Shown: one piece after another, positions 39,101 through 52,364 of the stretch | Position numbering within the stretch: position 1 is the first letter of the stretch | Layout of the letters: every line of letters starts with the position of its first letter | DNA from: Eledone cirrhosa | Lineage: Eukaryota | Assembly: GCA_964016885.1 (NCBI GenBank) | Contig: OZ024752.1 | Location: 35,154,001-35,218,000 of the forward strand | Length of the DNA stretch: 64,000 bases | Reading direction: 5' to 3' | Made by a program: the position numbers and the translations under genes | The notes under the pieces: generated by a model | Database searches by the model: none | Told to the model about the DNA's origin: nothing | The model's input: the letters and a program-made list of their open reading frames with translations, nothing else

Positions 39101-42100
39101 CTGTAGAGATATAAAGATACAGGCACTAGAAATGGGATGGTACTACAATATCTTAGGTATCTCATATATAGACTATACACATAAGATATGGACCACAACT
39201 GTAGAGATATAAAGATACAGGCACTAGAAATGGGATGGTACTACAATATCTTAGGTATCTCATATATACACTATACACATAAGATATGGACCACAACTGT
39301 AGAGATATAAAGATACAGGCACTAGAAATGGGATGGTACTACAATATCTTAGCTATCTCATATATACACTATACACATAAAATATGGACCACAACTGTAG
39401 AGATATAAAGATACAGGCACTAGAAATGGGATGGTACTACAATATCTTAGGTATCTCATATATAGACTATACACATAAGATATGGACCACAACTGTAGAG
39501 ATATAAAGATACAGGTACTAGAAATGGGATGGTACTACAATATCTTAGGTATCTCATATATAGACTATACACATAAAATATGGACCACAACTGTAGAGAT
39601 ATAAAGATACAGGCACTACAATATCTTAGGTATCTCATATATACACTATACACATAAGATATGGACCACAACTGTAGAGATATAAAGATACAGGCACTAC
39701 AATATCTTAGGTATCTCATATATACACTATACACATAAGATATGGACCACAACTGTAGAGATATAAAGATACAGGCACTACAATATCTTAGGTATCTCAT
39801 ATATACACTATACACATAAGATATGGACCACAACTGTAGAGATATAAAGATACAGGCACTACAATATCTTAGGTATCTCATATATACACTATACACATAA
39901 GATATGGACCACAACTGTAGAGATATAAAGATACAGGCACTACAATATCTTAGGTATCTCATATATAGACTAAACACATAAGATATGGACCACAACTGTA
40001 GAGATATAAAGATACAGGCACTAGAAATGGGATGGTACTACAATATCTTAGGTATCTCATATATAGACTATACACATAAGATATGGACCACAACTGTAGA
40101 GATATAAAGATACAGGCACTAGAAATGGGGTGGTACTACAATATCTTAGGTATCTCATATATAGACTAAACACATAAGATATGGACCACAACTGTAGAGA
40201 TATAAAGATACAGGCACTAGAAATGGGATGGTACTACAATATCTTAGGTATCTCATATATAGACTAAACACATAAGATATGGACCACAACTGTAGAGATA
40301 TAAAGATACAGGCACTAGAAATGGGATGGTACTACAATATCTTAGGTATCTCATATATAGACTATACACATAAGATATGGACCACAACTGTAGAGATATA
40401 AAGATACAGGCACTAGAAATGGGGTGGTACTACAATATCTTAGGTATCTCATATATAGACTAAACACATAAGATATGGACCACAACTGTAGAGATATAAA
40501 GATACAGGCACTAGAAATGGGATGGTACTACAATATCTTAGCTATCTCATATATACACTATACACATAAAATATGGACCACAACTGTAGAGATATAAAGA
40601 TACAGGCACTAGAAATGGGATGGTACTACAATATCTTAGGTATCTCATATATAGACTATACACATAAGATATGGACCACAACTGTAGAGATATAAAGATA
40701 CAGGTACTAGAAATGGGATGGTACTACAATATCTTAGGTATCTCATATATAGACTATACACATAAAATATGGACCACAACTGTAGAGATATAAAGATACA
40801 GGCACTACAATATCTTAGGTATCTCATATATACACTATACACATAAGATATGGACCACAACTGTAGAGATATAAAGATACAGGCACTACAATATCTTAGG
40901 TATCTCATATATACACTATACACATAAGATATGGACCACAACTGTAGAGATATAAAGATACAGGCACTACAATATCTTAGGTATCTCATATATACACTAT
41001 ACACATAAGATATGGACCACAACTGTAGAGATATAAAGATACAGGCACTACAATATCTTAGGTATCTCATATATACACTATACACATAAGATATGGACCA
41101 CAACTGTAGAGATATAAAGATACAGGCACTACAATATCTTAGGTATCTCATATATAGACTAAACACATAAGATATGGACCACAACTGTAGAGATATAAAG
41201 ATACAGGCACTAGAAATGGGATGGTACTACAATATCTTAGGTATCTCATATATAGACTATACACATAAGATATGGACCACAACTGTAGAGATATAAAGAT
41301 ACAGGCACTAGAAATGGGGTGGTACTACAATATCTTAGGTATCTCATATATAGACTAAACACATAAGATATGGACCACAACTGTAGAGATATAAAGATAC
41401 AGGCACTAGAAATGGGATGGTACTACAATATCTTAGGTATCTCATATATAGACTAAACACATAAAATATGGACCACAACTGTAGAGATATAAAGATACAG
41501 GCACTAGAAATGGGATGGTACTACAATATCTTAGGTATCTCATATATAGACTAAACACATAAAATATGGACCACAACTGTAGAGATATAAAGATACAGGC
41601 ACTAGAAATGGGATGGTACTACAATATCTTAGGTATCTCATATATAGACTAAACACATAAAATATGGACCACAACTGTAGAGATATAAAGATACAGGCAC
41701 TAGAAATGGGATGGTACTACAATATCTTAGGTATCTCATATATAGACTAAACACATAAGATATGGACCACAACTGTAGAGATATAAAGATACAGGCACTA
41801 CAATATCTTAGGTATCTCATATATAGACTATACACATAAGATATGGACCACAACTGTAGAGATATAAAGATACAGGCACTAGAAATGGGATGGTACTACA
41901 ATATCTTAGGTATCTCATATATAGACTATACACATAAGATATGGACCACAACTGTAGAGATATAAAGATACAGGCACTAGAAATGGGATGGTACTACAAT
42001 ATCTTAGCTATCTCATATATACACTATACACATAAGATATGGACCACAACTGTAGAGATATAAAGATACAGGCACTAGAAATGGGATGGTACTACAATAT

Positions 42101-44070
42101 CTTAGGTATCTCATATATAGACTATACACATAAGATATGGACCACAACTGTAGAGATATAAAGATACAGGCACTAGAAATGGGATGGTACTACAATATCT
42201 TAGGTATCTCATATATACACTATACACATAAGATATGGACCACAACTGTAGAGATATAAAGATACAGGCACTAGAAATGGGATGGTACTACAATATCTTA
42301 GCTATCTCATATATACACTATACACATAAAATATGGACCACAACTGTAGAGATATAAAGATACAGGCACTAGAAATGGGATGGTACTACAATATCTTAGG
42401 TATCTCATATATAGACTATACACATAAGATATGGACCACAACTGTAGAGATATAAAGATACAGGTACTAGAAATGGGATGGTACTACAATAGCTTAGGTA
42501 TCTCATATATAGACTATACACATAAAATATGGACCACAACTGTAGAGATATAAAGATACAGGCACTACAATATCTTAGGTATCTCATATATACACTATAC
42601 ACATAAGATATGGACCACAACTGTAGAGATATAAAGATACAGGCACTACAATATCTTAGGTATCTCATATATACACTATACACATAAGATATGGACCACA
42701 ACTGTAGAGATATAAAGATACAGGCACTACAATATCTTAGGTATCTCATATATACACTATACACATAAGATATGGACCACAACTGTAGAGATATAAAGAT
42801 ACAGGCACTACAATATCTTAGGTATCTCATATATACACTATACACATAAGATATGGACCACAACTGTAGAGATATAAAGATACAGGCACTACAATATCTT
42901 AGGTATCTCATATATACACTATACACATAAGATATGGACCACAACTGTAGAGATATAAAGATACAGGCACTAGAAATGGGATGGTACTACAATATCTTAG
43001 CTATCTCATATATACACTATACACATAAAATATGGACCACAACTGTAGAGATATAAAGATACAGGCACTAGAAATGGGATGGTACTACAATATCTTAGGT
43101 ATCTCATATATAGACTATACACATAAGATATGGACCACAACTGTAGAGATATAAAGATACAGGTACTAGAAATGGGATGGTACTACAATATCTTAGCTAT
43201 CTCATATATAGACTATACACATAAAATATGGACCACAACTGTAGAGATATAAAGATACAGGCACTAGAAATGGGATGGTACTACAATATCTTAGCTATCT
43301 CATATATACACTATACACATAAAATATGGACAACAACTGTAGAGATATAAAGATACAGGCACTAGAAATGGGATGGTACTACAATATCTTAGGTATCTCA
43401 TATATAGATTATACACATAAGATATGGACCACAACTGTAGAGATATAAAGATACAGGCACTAGAAATGGGATGGTACTACAATATCTTAGGTATCTCATA
43501 TATAGACTATACACATAAGATATGGACCACAACTGTAGAGATATAAAGATACAGGCACTAGAAATGGGATGGTACTACAATATCTTAGGTATCTCATATA
43601 TAGACTATACACATAAGATATGGACCACAACTGTAGAGATATAAAGATACAGGCACTAGAAATGGGATGGTACTTATACACATAAGATATGTATCACAAC
43701 TGTAGAGATACAGAGATAGATATAGACATTATAAATGAGATGTTATCTCCAATATCTTAGGCATATCATATATAGGCACCATATCACATAATATATGAAC
43801 CCTCACTACAGAAATAGATAGAGGCACTAGAAATGTAATTGTACTAGAATATTTTAGGTATCTCAAATATAGACTATACACATAATATATGAACCCTCAT
43901 TACAGAAATAGATATAGGACCTAGAAATGAAATGGTACCCCAATATCTTAGATATCATATAAAATATGGACAACAACTGTAAAGATATAAAGATACAGAC
44001 ACTAGAAATGAGATGTTACTCCCAATATCTTAGGTATCTCATATATAGACACCATATCACATCAGGTATG
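36180..44070. repeat. Satellite of 98-bp and 81-bp monomers (~7.5 kb homogeneous, diverged monomers 43680-44070)
   Basis: Unit CTAGAAATGGGATGGTACTACAATATCTTAGGTATCTCATATATAGACTAAACACATAAGATATGGACCACAACTGTAGAGATATAAAGATACAGGCA; the short form lacks the first 17 bp. Confidence 0.98.
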
Positions 44071-46044
44071 AACCCTTACAATTAATAACATTTTAAAAGC
44101 ATTTATAACTTTTAAGCTTTTAATAGAAGCTAAAAATTCAGGTTTGATCATTTATCAACTGATCAGTAGATAAAAACTTTGATGAATCGGCTCAAAACAA
44201 ATTTCCTTTTTTTAATTTCTAAATTAGACTTGAATTACATTTTTTAAAATTAGTTTTTTTTAGACCGTTTCCAGGTGATATTATTTCAACTAATGTTTAA
44301 TGATCTCATAAGTTACTGATGGCCTTCCAAGATCCAGGGCCTTCCCACTCCTGTTCGAGGAACCCCTCCCTGGTTGACATTCACCACTTCCTGTCTCTGG
44401 CCATATGGGGTCGTGGTATCGAGTTAGATCATCGATGACCACCCTCTGGTTCTTCTCCGCTGCCTTGGTGTCCATTCTGTCACTCAGATGGCTTTAGAGA
44501 TAGATAATACGACCCCCCCCCCCTCCTCTCGTTTCTACCCTAACCCGACAGCATGTCCACGAGTAAACATTTAATTAGTAGCCTACCTAGCAAAATAAGT
44601 GAAAAGACCACAACTATAAACAGCGTGAGCACTGTAATTGGCCCATGGTTTCATTAGCTTGCATCGCTGGGCCCTCTTTCTCCAATGAAGGAATAGGGTT
44701 CCATTCGCCCTTAATATGCTTGCTACATGAAAATATATATATAAATATTCAATTAAATTCTAATATGTATATATATATATAGGGGCTCAGCTACATACAA
44801 CCCAAGTAATCAAACATATAGCCGGCATTTATAGCAAAAATGGACATTTAAATTATTAAGGTCTTATACTTTCGGACAGGAACAGGTGCTCTTAACGCGA
44901 AAATATTTTTAACAAATATATCAATAAGAAAAATAGTATAATCGAAGGGAACTAGCATTGATCTGAGTCGGCAATTAGTAATGTGAAGAATTTATTTTAC
45001 TAGTTATTCCGCTGAGCGATGCTAAACCTGTCGGCTGGACTGGATTATCAATGAACATATTGATTAAATTATGAGAATTGTAAATAAAAATTATGCAATT
45101 AATTATATTTATTTATTTTAATGAGAAAATAGATTTAATAATATGTTTTCTGATTAATAATAAAATGGAAAAAATCAGCGAGAAAAGAATGGATGAACAA
45201 CGATGGATTTTACCGATAATTTCTTAGTTTACATGAATCAATTACACCGTTAGACAACATATAAAGTCGTCCACTAATATAAAGAATAAGTTTTAGAATG
45301 TAAATTAATTGTAATAATATATTAAAGCGTATAGGCATATTTTAATCAATGAATATATTTGACCAATTTAGATTCCTTCATTAAAAAAAATCCAATATTT
45401 TCTCAAGAAGCGGTAAGGGAACAAGGCATGGCTACATTATGGTATATTAAACATTATCACGGAATAAAACAGCAAATTAGTGAGGAAAAAATATCGTTTA
45501 AGTCATTATTTTAAGTAAATACAGCAAATAATACTGAATTTCTTCTTCAAATATAATATAGAAAATAATTGGAATTGTTAGTTTGATGAAAAGAATCGAA
45601 GTTAATTATTTTGCAGAATATTAGCAAGAGTACGTTCCCAGACTAGCAATTAGGCCATTCCATAAATATAGAAAAATAAAAAAACAACAACATAGACAAG
45701 AACAGCTATTTTAATTATTAAAATATAAACATGCATATTTAAAATAGAGCCATATATATATTTTTTAAAAGTAGTGTATTGCATAAACGACTATTAAAGA
45801 CAGATTTAGTTACACAGGCTAGGCTAGGCTACCTATGTAAGGCAAGTGCTCAAATTTTCAAAGGAAATTTTTTATAAATATATAAATGTATATATATATA
45901 AGTACAAAGCAAGCATACAACACACATATATATATAAGTCCACGAGGAGGAAATGCAATGTAAGCAGAGAAGGCAACAAAAATTCACCGAACATGTTACA
46001 TTCTTACAGGCAACTGTTACATGCTAACTACTACTGTACGTTAC

Positions 46045-46060
46045 CTTTCATTTTGGGCAT
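46045..46060 (-). CDS. Candidate start-codon exon (MPKMK-) for the mariner-derived gene; whole exon 46045-46121
   Basis: CTCTGCAG|...AAT ATG CCC AAA ATG AAA G|GTAACG; the phase-1 donor joins in frame with the acceptor at 35611. Another donor CAG|GTAATG at 46233 suggests a preceding leader exon. Confidence 0.4.
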
Positions 46061-47439
46061 ATTATAACACCTCGCTCCAAACTATGGAGCAGAGACATTA
46101 AACAAGCGAATAAGCACAACCCTGCAGAGCAATAGATGAATTATGGGAGATATTCTATAGTTCTTTATTTATTTATTTTTAATTTCACTTTTCTTCCCCC
46201 TGTTTTTCAGATGCTTTCGTGTTGTGACATTACCTGGTTTATGTGTAGTGGCATTTTAAAGCGGAACTTGCGTACTTATTTATATTAGAATGATTAAAAT
46301 TAATTTTAGGAAATAATATTTTTTTTAAATGATAATTTTTTTCTCAAATATGGCCTTAAATATTTTTTTTTACAAATCGAATTATGGCTTTAATTTGCTA
46401 AAACAGTTACCCATTATTTCAATTTCATAGATGTGTGTAAACATATATAGCAGGAGTATTGCTCCATAAACCATAAATAATTTTTCTCCGAAAATACAAT
46501 ATTCCCAATACATTTCCCCATTAAAATTGTTCAACCTCTTTCCTTCACGATTTATTTAATAATTTTAACCAATGTGAATTCAAAGATAATTTTATTTTAT
46601 TTTATTTAGAATATCAAAAAATATAACAAACGTCTCCTATAAAAATTATGCATTATACAAACATACAAGCACTGACTCAAATGGCAGTAGCACGAACATT
46701 TTTGAAAATACGGTATCATGAATTTGAAAGTTCTCTCTAAAAAATGTTTAGCTAGCTTACACGACATTTAAACTAACAATATATTTCAGGGCATTAAGGA
46801 AAAATAAATATTTCTTTCACAATGAAAAAAAAAACTACGGTAATCTTTGAGCTTATTTAAATGTCTAAATACAAGTTTCACGAGAAATCTTAAATTTTAT
46901 TAATTTATTAAATTTTTAATTTTTTTTTTATTAATTCTTAAAAGTCAAAATTAAAAAAAAATAATTCCATAAGAATTTAACATTAAGTTAACGCTAAATA
47001 ATAATTATTATTATACTAATAATTAATATCTTGGATAAGGAGGGTATTTTTCGTAATACTGAGTAATTTTAATTTCTATGACACATATTTCAGAGGAACC
47101 CCCGTAGAATATAAGATCCCGGCAAACCGAGACTGCAGCGTGGTTTCACTCTCGGTCGATTCCAAATTACATTGTGTCAATGTTCCTTAAATCCACATTT
47201 AATCACGATATACATATAGTGTTAGGGTTAAAAGTGGAAAATTGCGGCGTAATTGAAAAACGAAACTAATGATAATATAAAACTTAAATAACAATAGTCA
47301 TTTTTTTATACAAAATTTCACAATGTCATAAAAATCATCGATATTATATAAAAATTATTTAGCAGTATCTAATAAAAATAAAACTCTATTAAAGGGAAGG
47401 GAAAAAAGCAAATGAAAAGAAGAAAAGGAAAGAAATGAT

Positions 47440-47750
47440 TTAGGCACAAAGCCAACAATTTTAGGGGAGGGGAAAATCAATTAAATCGACTCAGTACATT
47501 ACTGGTACTTGTTTCTACTTTTGGCACAATGCCAGTAATTACCCCAATGCATTACTGGCCCTTTATTTTATCGACCCCGTAAGGATGAAAGGCAAAGTTA
47601 ACCTAGGCGGGATTTGAACTCAGGGCGTAAAGGGCCGTAACTATATGCTGCAAAGTATTCTGTCTAATAAAAAATATTTACTAATTTAGGCACAAGGTCA
47701 GTAATCTGGGAGAGGGGAAAGTAGATTATATCGACCCCAGTACTTGACCT
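47440..47750 (-). mobile_element. SINE family A copy and fragments
   Basis: Family A core motifs. Confidence 0.75.
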
Positions 47751-48619
47751 TTTTAAATTAGTACTATTTTGTTTTTAATTCAATACTTCAAAGTTAATTA
47801 CCCCCCCCCCCCATCCCGTCATACATTTTTGAATTTAAATTACTTGTGTTTATACTCGAAATATTAAGTATATTTTGTTAGCATTTAAAAGAATGTATGT
47901 GTGTGTATATGTATTTTTGGATAGGTTAAAATGTTTTCAGGATAATTTAGTTTCGGTAATTCAGTCAAGCCTAGTTATTTTTTTATGTTACACATTTTCG
48001 TTAATTTTTAATTACGCCGCAATATTCCACTTTTACCTTTCGCGGTACTTCGTTAAAAAAAAAAGCCAGAAAGGCGATGGAATTAGAGATACAAAAAAAT
48101 TATCTGCACTCTGAGACTAAAATCTCTTGCGTGATGACTTACGTTTCCTTCAGCTTGCTAGAAATATCAGCCAAATGTACCCCCCCCCCCCCGTCTCACG
48201 AATCGTATTAAAATAAATCAGATACACACTACAATCTCAGATATAGAAAAAAGACGGTTTGGTCACTGTTGGAACGCATTTGATTATAGGTGTGCTACCG
48301 CGGAAACTAGCTTTGCCTTTCATCCTTACGGATGTTTCGTCCTTCCAAGATCATTAAAATTAAGTGCCCATTATTTTTTTTGGGGGGGGGGGGATCATCT
48401 AGGGTTATCTACAATGTTCTCTTATTTAAAACACTAGGTTGTGATTTGAAGGAATATTTGCTGCTATTTCCAGCAGATCAAATGACCACCTTAGATGAAG
48501 GGATGACTCAAGAAAAAATAGATGTCTCTAATCACCTGGGACCAGCATCAATTGATAATTTAGATAGATCTAATAGATTTTTGTCGATATACTTTTTATT
48601 TAGGGGTGGGCCTCTGGTG

Positions 48620-48890
48620 AAGAATACTTGAACGTTTTCTCCATCACATAGCTTGCATGGCCCCTGGTTATTTGTGAGTGATAGCTTTTGCTAAGCAATC
48701 ACCTAGAGTCTAGATGTTGTAGTCCTGTTGATTTTTCTTGAGTCCTTATATGTGGGTGGATAGTGCCATTGCATTCCTTCGTGCTGGGGGAAGTGAAGTA
48801 TGCAGATGCTGGTTGTAACGTTGCTTGAAGCTGTTGGCTGTTAGACCAGTGTGTGCTTTATCAGTGGAGTTGGTCATGCCAAGAAATTCG
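48620..48890 (-). mobile_element. Penelope-like GIY-YIG endonuclease relic
   Basis: HTGLTANSFKQRYNQH...ALSTHI resembles YIGxTxxxFKxRYxxH...xLSxHIW; stops follow. Confidence 0.6.
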
Positions 48891-49059
48891 TTCGAAAGGA
48901 AGATTGGCTGAAATAAGATTACATGACATATCTTATTCTTTAGTTTCTTCTGCTCTGTATAAAGCATTAGATAACTACTATAGCAATTTTGATTAATGGG
49001 GGTAAGGTTGCTAATCTCGAATTCCATCCTCCCTCCCTTTTCAATTTAAGCATATTCAG

Positions 49060-49312
49060 CTTATAGGTACGTCTAGCACTGGATACACTGAGGTTCCCAA
49101 GGGTGTGTGGCTTTAAACTATAGCTTATTTAGATTATAGGTAAGTCTAGCACTGGATACACTGAGACTCCCCGAGGGTGTGTGGCTCTGAGTTATAGCTT
49201 ATTTAGATTATAGGTAAGTCTAGCACTGGATACACTGAGGTTCCCAAGGGTGTGTGGCTTTAAACTATAGCTTATTTAGATTATAGGTAAGTCTAGCACT
49301 GGATACACTGTG
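49060..49312 (+). repeat. 73-74 bp tandem repeat (~3.5 copies; partial copy at 49505-49548)
   Basis: TCTAGCACTGGATACACTG at 49072, 49145, 49219, 49292. Confidence 0.92.
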
Positions 49313-49741
49313 ATCCCAATGGTAGGGCCATATATCCTTATTGCATCACAGTATAAATGTAAATAAATACGTCGTTATGTGGAGCGCTGAGAACAATTAC
49401 ACGCAAAAACGAAACCACGTTTATGGTATAAATGGAGTCATTAGATTAATATTCTATTTAGGAAACCGAATGATTCTCGGCTTCGGAGTTAAGAATAATG
49501 TAAATATAGTTGCTTATTTAGATTATAGGTAAGTCCAACACTGGATGAAATAAAGTAACACAAAGCATTGACTCAGTCAATTTGCCGCTGACAGTATTAT
49601 GCGTTATTCGTCATAATTATGCAATACTATTCATCATAATGACGTAGTAGTTTAAAAAATTTGAATGCAGTTTGCAGTCATTTGACATTACTGTTCTTAA
49701 ATAAGCTAACAATTTCGTTAAAAGTTTTCATAGAAATAAGA

Positions 49742-50548
49742 ATGTCATTGCAAAGATATATCTTCAGTTTGCCAGGGTTTTATGAACGAGAAGTGTTACA
49801 GAAGAAAGTAAGAAATTATTTCAGACGCCATCAATTTAGCTCAGAAGAGCGTATGCTGGTTGTAGACTGGATGTTAGTATGTGTTGATTATTATGGGGTT
49901 TCTATTCAAGTGTTTTTCCTCGCAGTTTCTTATTTTGATTTATACATGTCTTGTAAAACGATACGAGCAGTTCATTCTATGAAACTGCAATGTGTCGCAA
50001 CATGTTGTATTTGGCTTGCCTTCATTATATTATCTCAAGATAAGAGAAAGGTGGAACATTTTCTTAATATGGTAACGAATGTAGACCCAGAGTCTAGCGT
50101 AGAAGAACTTCATCGTATGTACGCCTCACTGGTTCAACGTTTCCAGAGTAAACCGTATTTAGTTACACCTTATATGTTTCTTACGACCTATTTAATTATA
50201 CTCCGAATGGAAGCTAATCATTACTTAACTCCAATGTCCTACTACATATTGGAACTATCGCAATACGATGAGTATATTTGTGTAACAAACAGATTTAAAT
50301 CGAGTCTAATAGCTACGGCTGCTATTTTCACAGGATTAGTAGCTTTGAGGCTCACAAATACCTGGATTTCTGACTTATCTATGTTAACACCATATAGTGG
50401 AAAGGAGAAAGAATTAACACTTCTCCATCAGCGTATGTTGTATCTGCTAAAAATAGCCAACCCCAGATTACATAAGGCAGCATTCTTGAGACACAGCAGA
50501 CAAAATAAACATGCCGTTTCTTTGATTGATTATTCCTTTATTCAATAA
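49742..50548 (+). CDS. Divergent A/B-type cyclin-like protein, 268 aa, intronless CDS
   Basis: Cyclin box ERMLVVDWM (MRAILVDWL-like), FFLAVSYFDLYM, KLQCVATCCIWLA; second fold TPYMFL..YYILELS..FKSSLIATAAI..W..L..YS..; AATAAA overlaps the stop. Confidence 0.85.
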   Translation: MSLQRYIFSLPGFYEREVLQKKVRNYFRRHQFSSEERMLVVDWMLVCVDYYGVSIQVFFLAVSYFDLYMSCKTIRAVHSMKLQCVATCCIWLAFIILSQDKRKVEHFLNMVTNVDPESSVEELHRMYASLVQRFQSKPYLVTPYMFLTTYLIILRMEANHYLTPMSYYILELSQYDEYICVTNRFKSSLIATAAIFTGLVALRLTNTWISDLSMLTPYSGKEKELTLLHQRMLYLLKIANPRLHKAAFLRHSRQNKHAVSLIDYSFIQ

Positions 50549-52364
50549 AAGTCTTTCTATCATTTTTCTGACTTGTGATATCTCCTGTAATTTTGATATT
50601 TACGCTCTGCCTATATATTTATTACTTGACTTGTATTTCTCTTGCATGGTCTCGCTGTACGCTTGTCTTGCATCATATAGGTATAGACTCTATACGTATA
50701 TGATGCAAGACAAGCGTACAGCGTGGCGAAATTAATTCAATAACCCAAGACGAAATGTAAAAACCTCAACTCAATTTCATTTCTATTGCACCCACATTTA
50801 TAGCGTCCGAGATTTCAGGAACAGACATGCCTTGAACACGCACAGGTGTGCATGAATGTGCAAGACCGCAGACATATGCAGGTGTCTGCGTTATTGCACC
50901 CCAAATAATGCAGGTCAACTTAAGTTATGTGATTTTATCACAGAACATTCAGACTTAAAAAAAGTTTGTCATTTTGTGTGATCTTAAGTTCCAAGAAAGT
51001 CTGAACAAATTTCCAAGCCCACTGAAATTTCTCCGGGCCCACTCAAAATTGTCCCAGGCCCTAAAGAGGGCGACTGCAGTGAAAGCAGCTAGTTGGTCAG
51101 TCGTCCTCTTGTTTTTGATTTTCAGCCCCATAGATTTTATCTGTTATGTTCCTTTGTTATATTTCGAATACCTGCGGATTCATACGGAACTCGGTCATTG
51201 AAATGATAATAGTAAAATAAACCTTTCAAGGATTTACACCAGTCCAGCCTCCTGTTATTTTTTAATTATATATATATATATATATATATGTACGTGTTTA
51301 TGTATTTAAGTATACATATATTCTTTTACTGGCTTCAAATATTGCATCAACCAACACAGGCCTCACTGCCAACCAAAGATGATATGTTGGCCTAATAGGA
51401 GGTTAATTTAAGTTGAGGTATAATAATCATACCTCCTCTTTTATTTGGGTCAATTAAGCTACACAATGTGTCTTAATTGACCTAATGGTAGCCATAAGTA
51501 ACGCTATATTACTGATTGTAATATAGTATTGCTTAGAGATGCTAAGTTACTGTTAACATATTTAATGCAGGGAGTGTTGAAAAAAACAACTACATATATA
51601 AGTATGAAGTATGGAAAAAAAAACGATGTCAGCAAATGACTAACATTAGTTTCATTTTTTTTACCAAGCATATGAGACAACTCCAGTGATGTTTCAGTAG
51701 ATTCTGAGCTCATTAGTGAAGTCTTTATCATAGTGGCTGAAATAGCGATGGAATAATGTTTTCTTATTTAGGCAGAAGACCAACAATTTTGGGGAAGGTG
51801 GGAGTCGATTACATCGACTCCAGTATATTACTGGTACTTTATTTTATCAAACCCGAAGTCTGAAAGGCAAAGCTAACTTCAGTGAGAAAACATATTTCTG
51901 GATACACAATGTGCGAAAAGGAGATGGAATGGTATGTCATGGTTGGAGCGACATTTGATCACAGTCCTGCAAATCTAAGTGTTAAGTAATAACAAAAACA
52001 GTAAAACAATATTGATAATGAGGAATTTATTGAGATTACAACTCTTTTTTTAAACTATAAACTATGTTTTATTGGAAAAAAGAGAAGAGAGTTGGAATGT
52101 AGCAATATATAATCTTGTTGAATAAATAACAAAGACTGAATAAATATTGAACTGAATTAATAACAATGTAGCGATGAATATTGGGTTGGATAGAAATAAC
52201 AGAACTGAACTAAAAGAAGCAATGTCTAGACAAAAACAAAAACAATAACCAAAAACAAAACAAAAACTGAAAAAAAAGATGTACAATAAAATTTTGATGG
52301 GAATTTTAGGATGATTGTTTTTTTACTTACATTATTTCCGACAAAATGTTAAATAATAATACTA

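Noticed and set aside
36180-43680. CRISPR-like array or repeat-protein ORFs (MWSISYV...)
   Set aside because: Pure tandem monomers with no unique spacers, no cas genes and a eukaryotic context; the ORFs arise because 81 bp is divisible by 3.
44290-44475. 61-aa ORF MDTKAAEKNQ... within the putative mariner-gene intron
   Set aside because: No recognisable homology or convincing splice signals.
45214-45260. Alternative upstream exon for the mariner gene (MLSNGVIDSCKLRNY)
   Set aside because: Its best donor (CG|GTAAAA) is phase 2 and would not join the acceptor at 35611 in frame.
49661-49741. TTG-initiated N-terminal extension of the cyclin ORF
   Set aside because: Non-ATG start in a eukaryote; the region looks like an intron 3' end (branch point plus acceptor).
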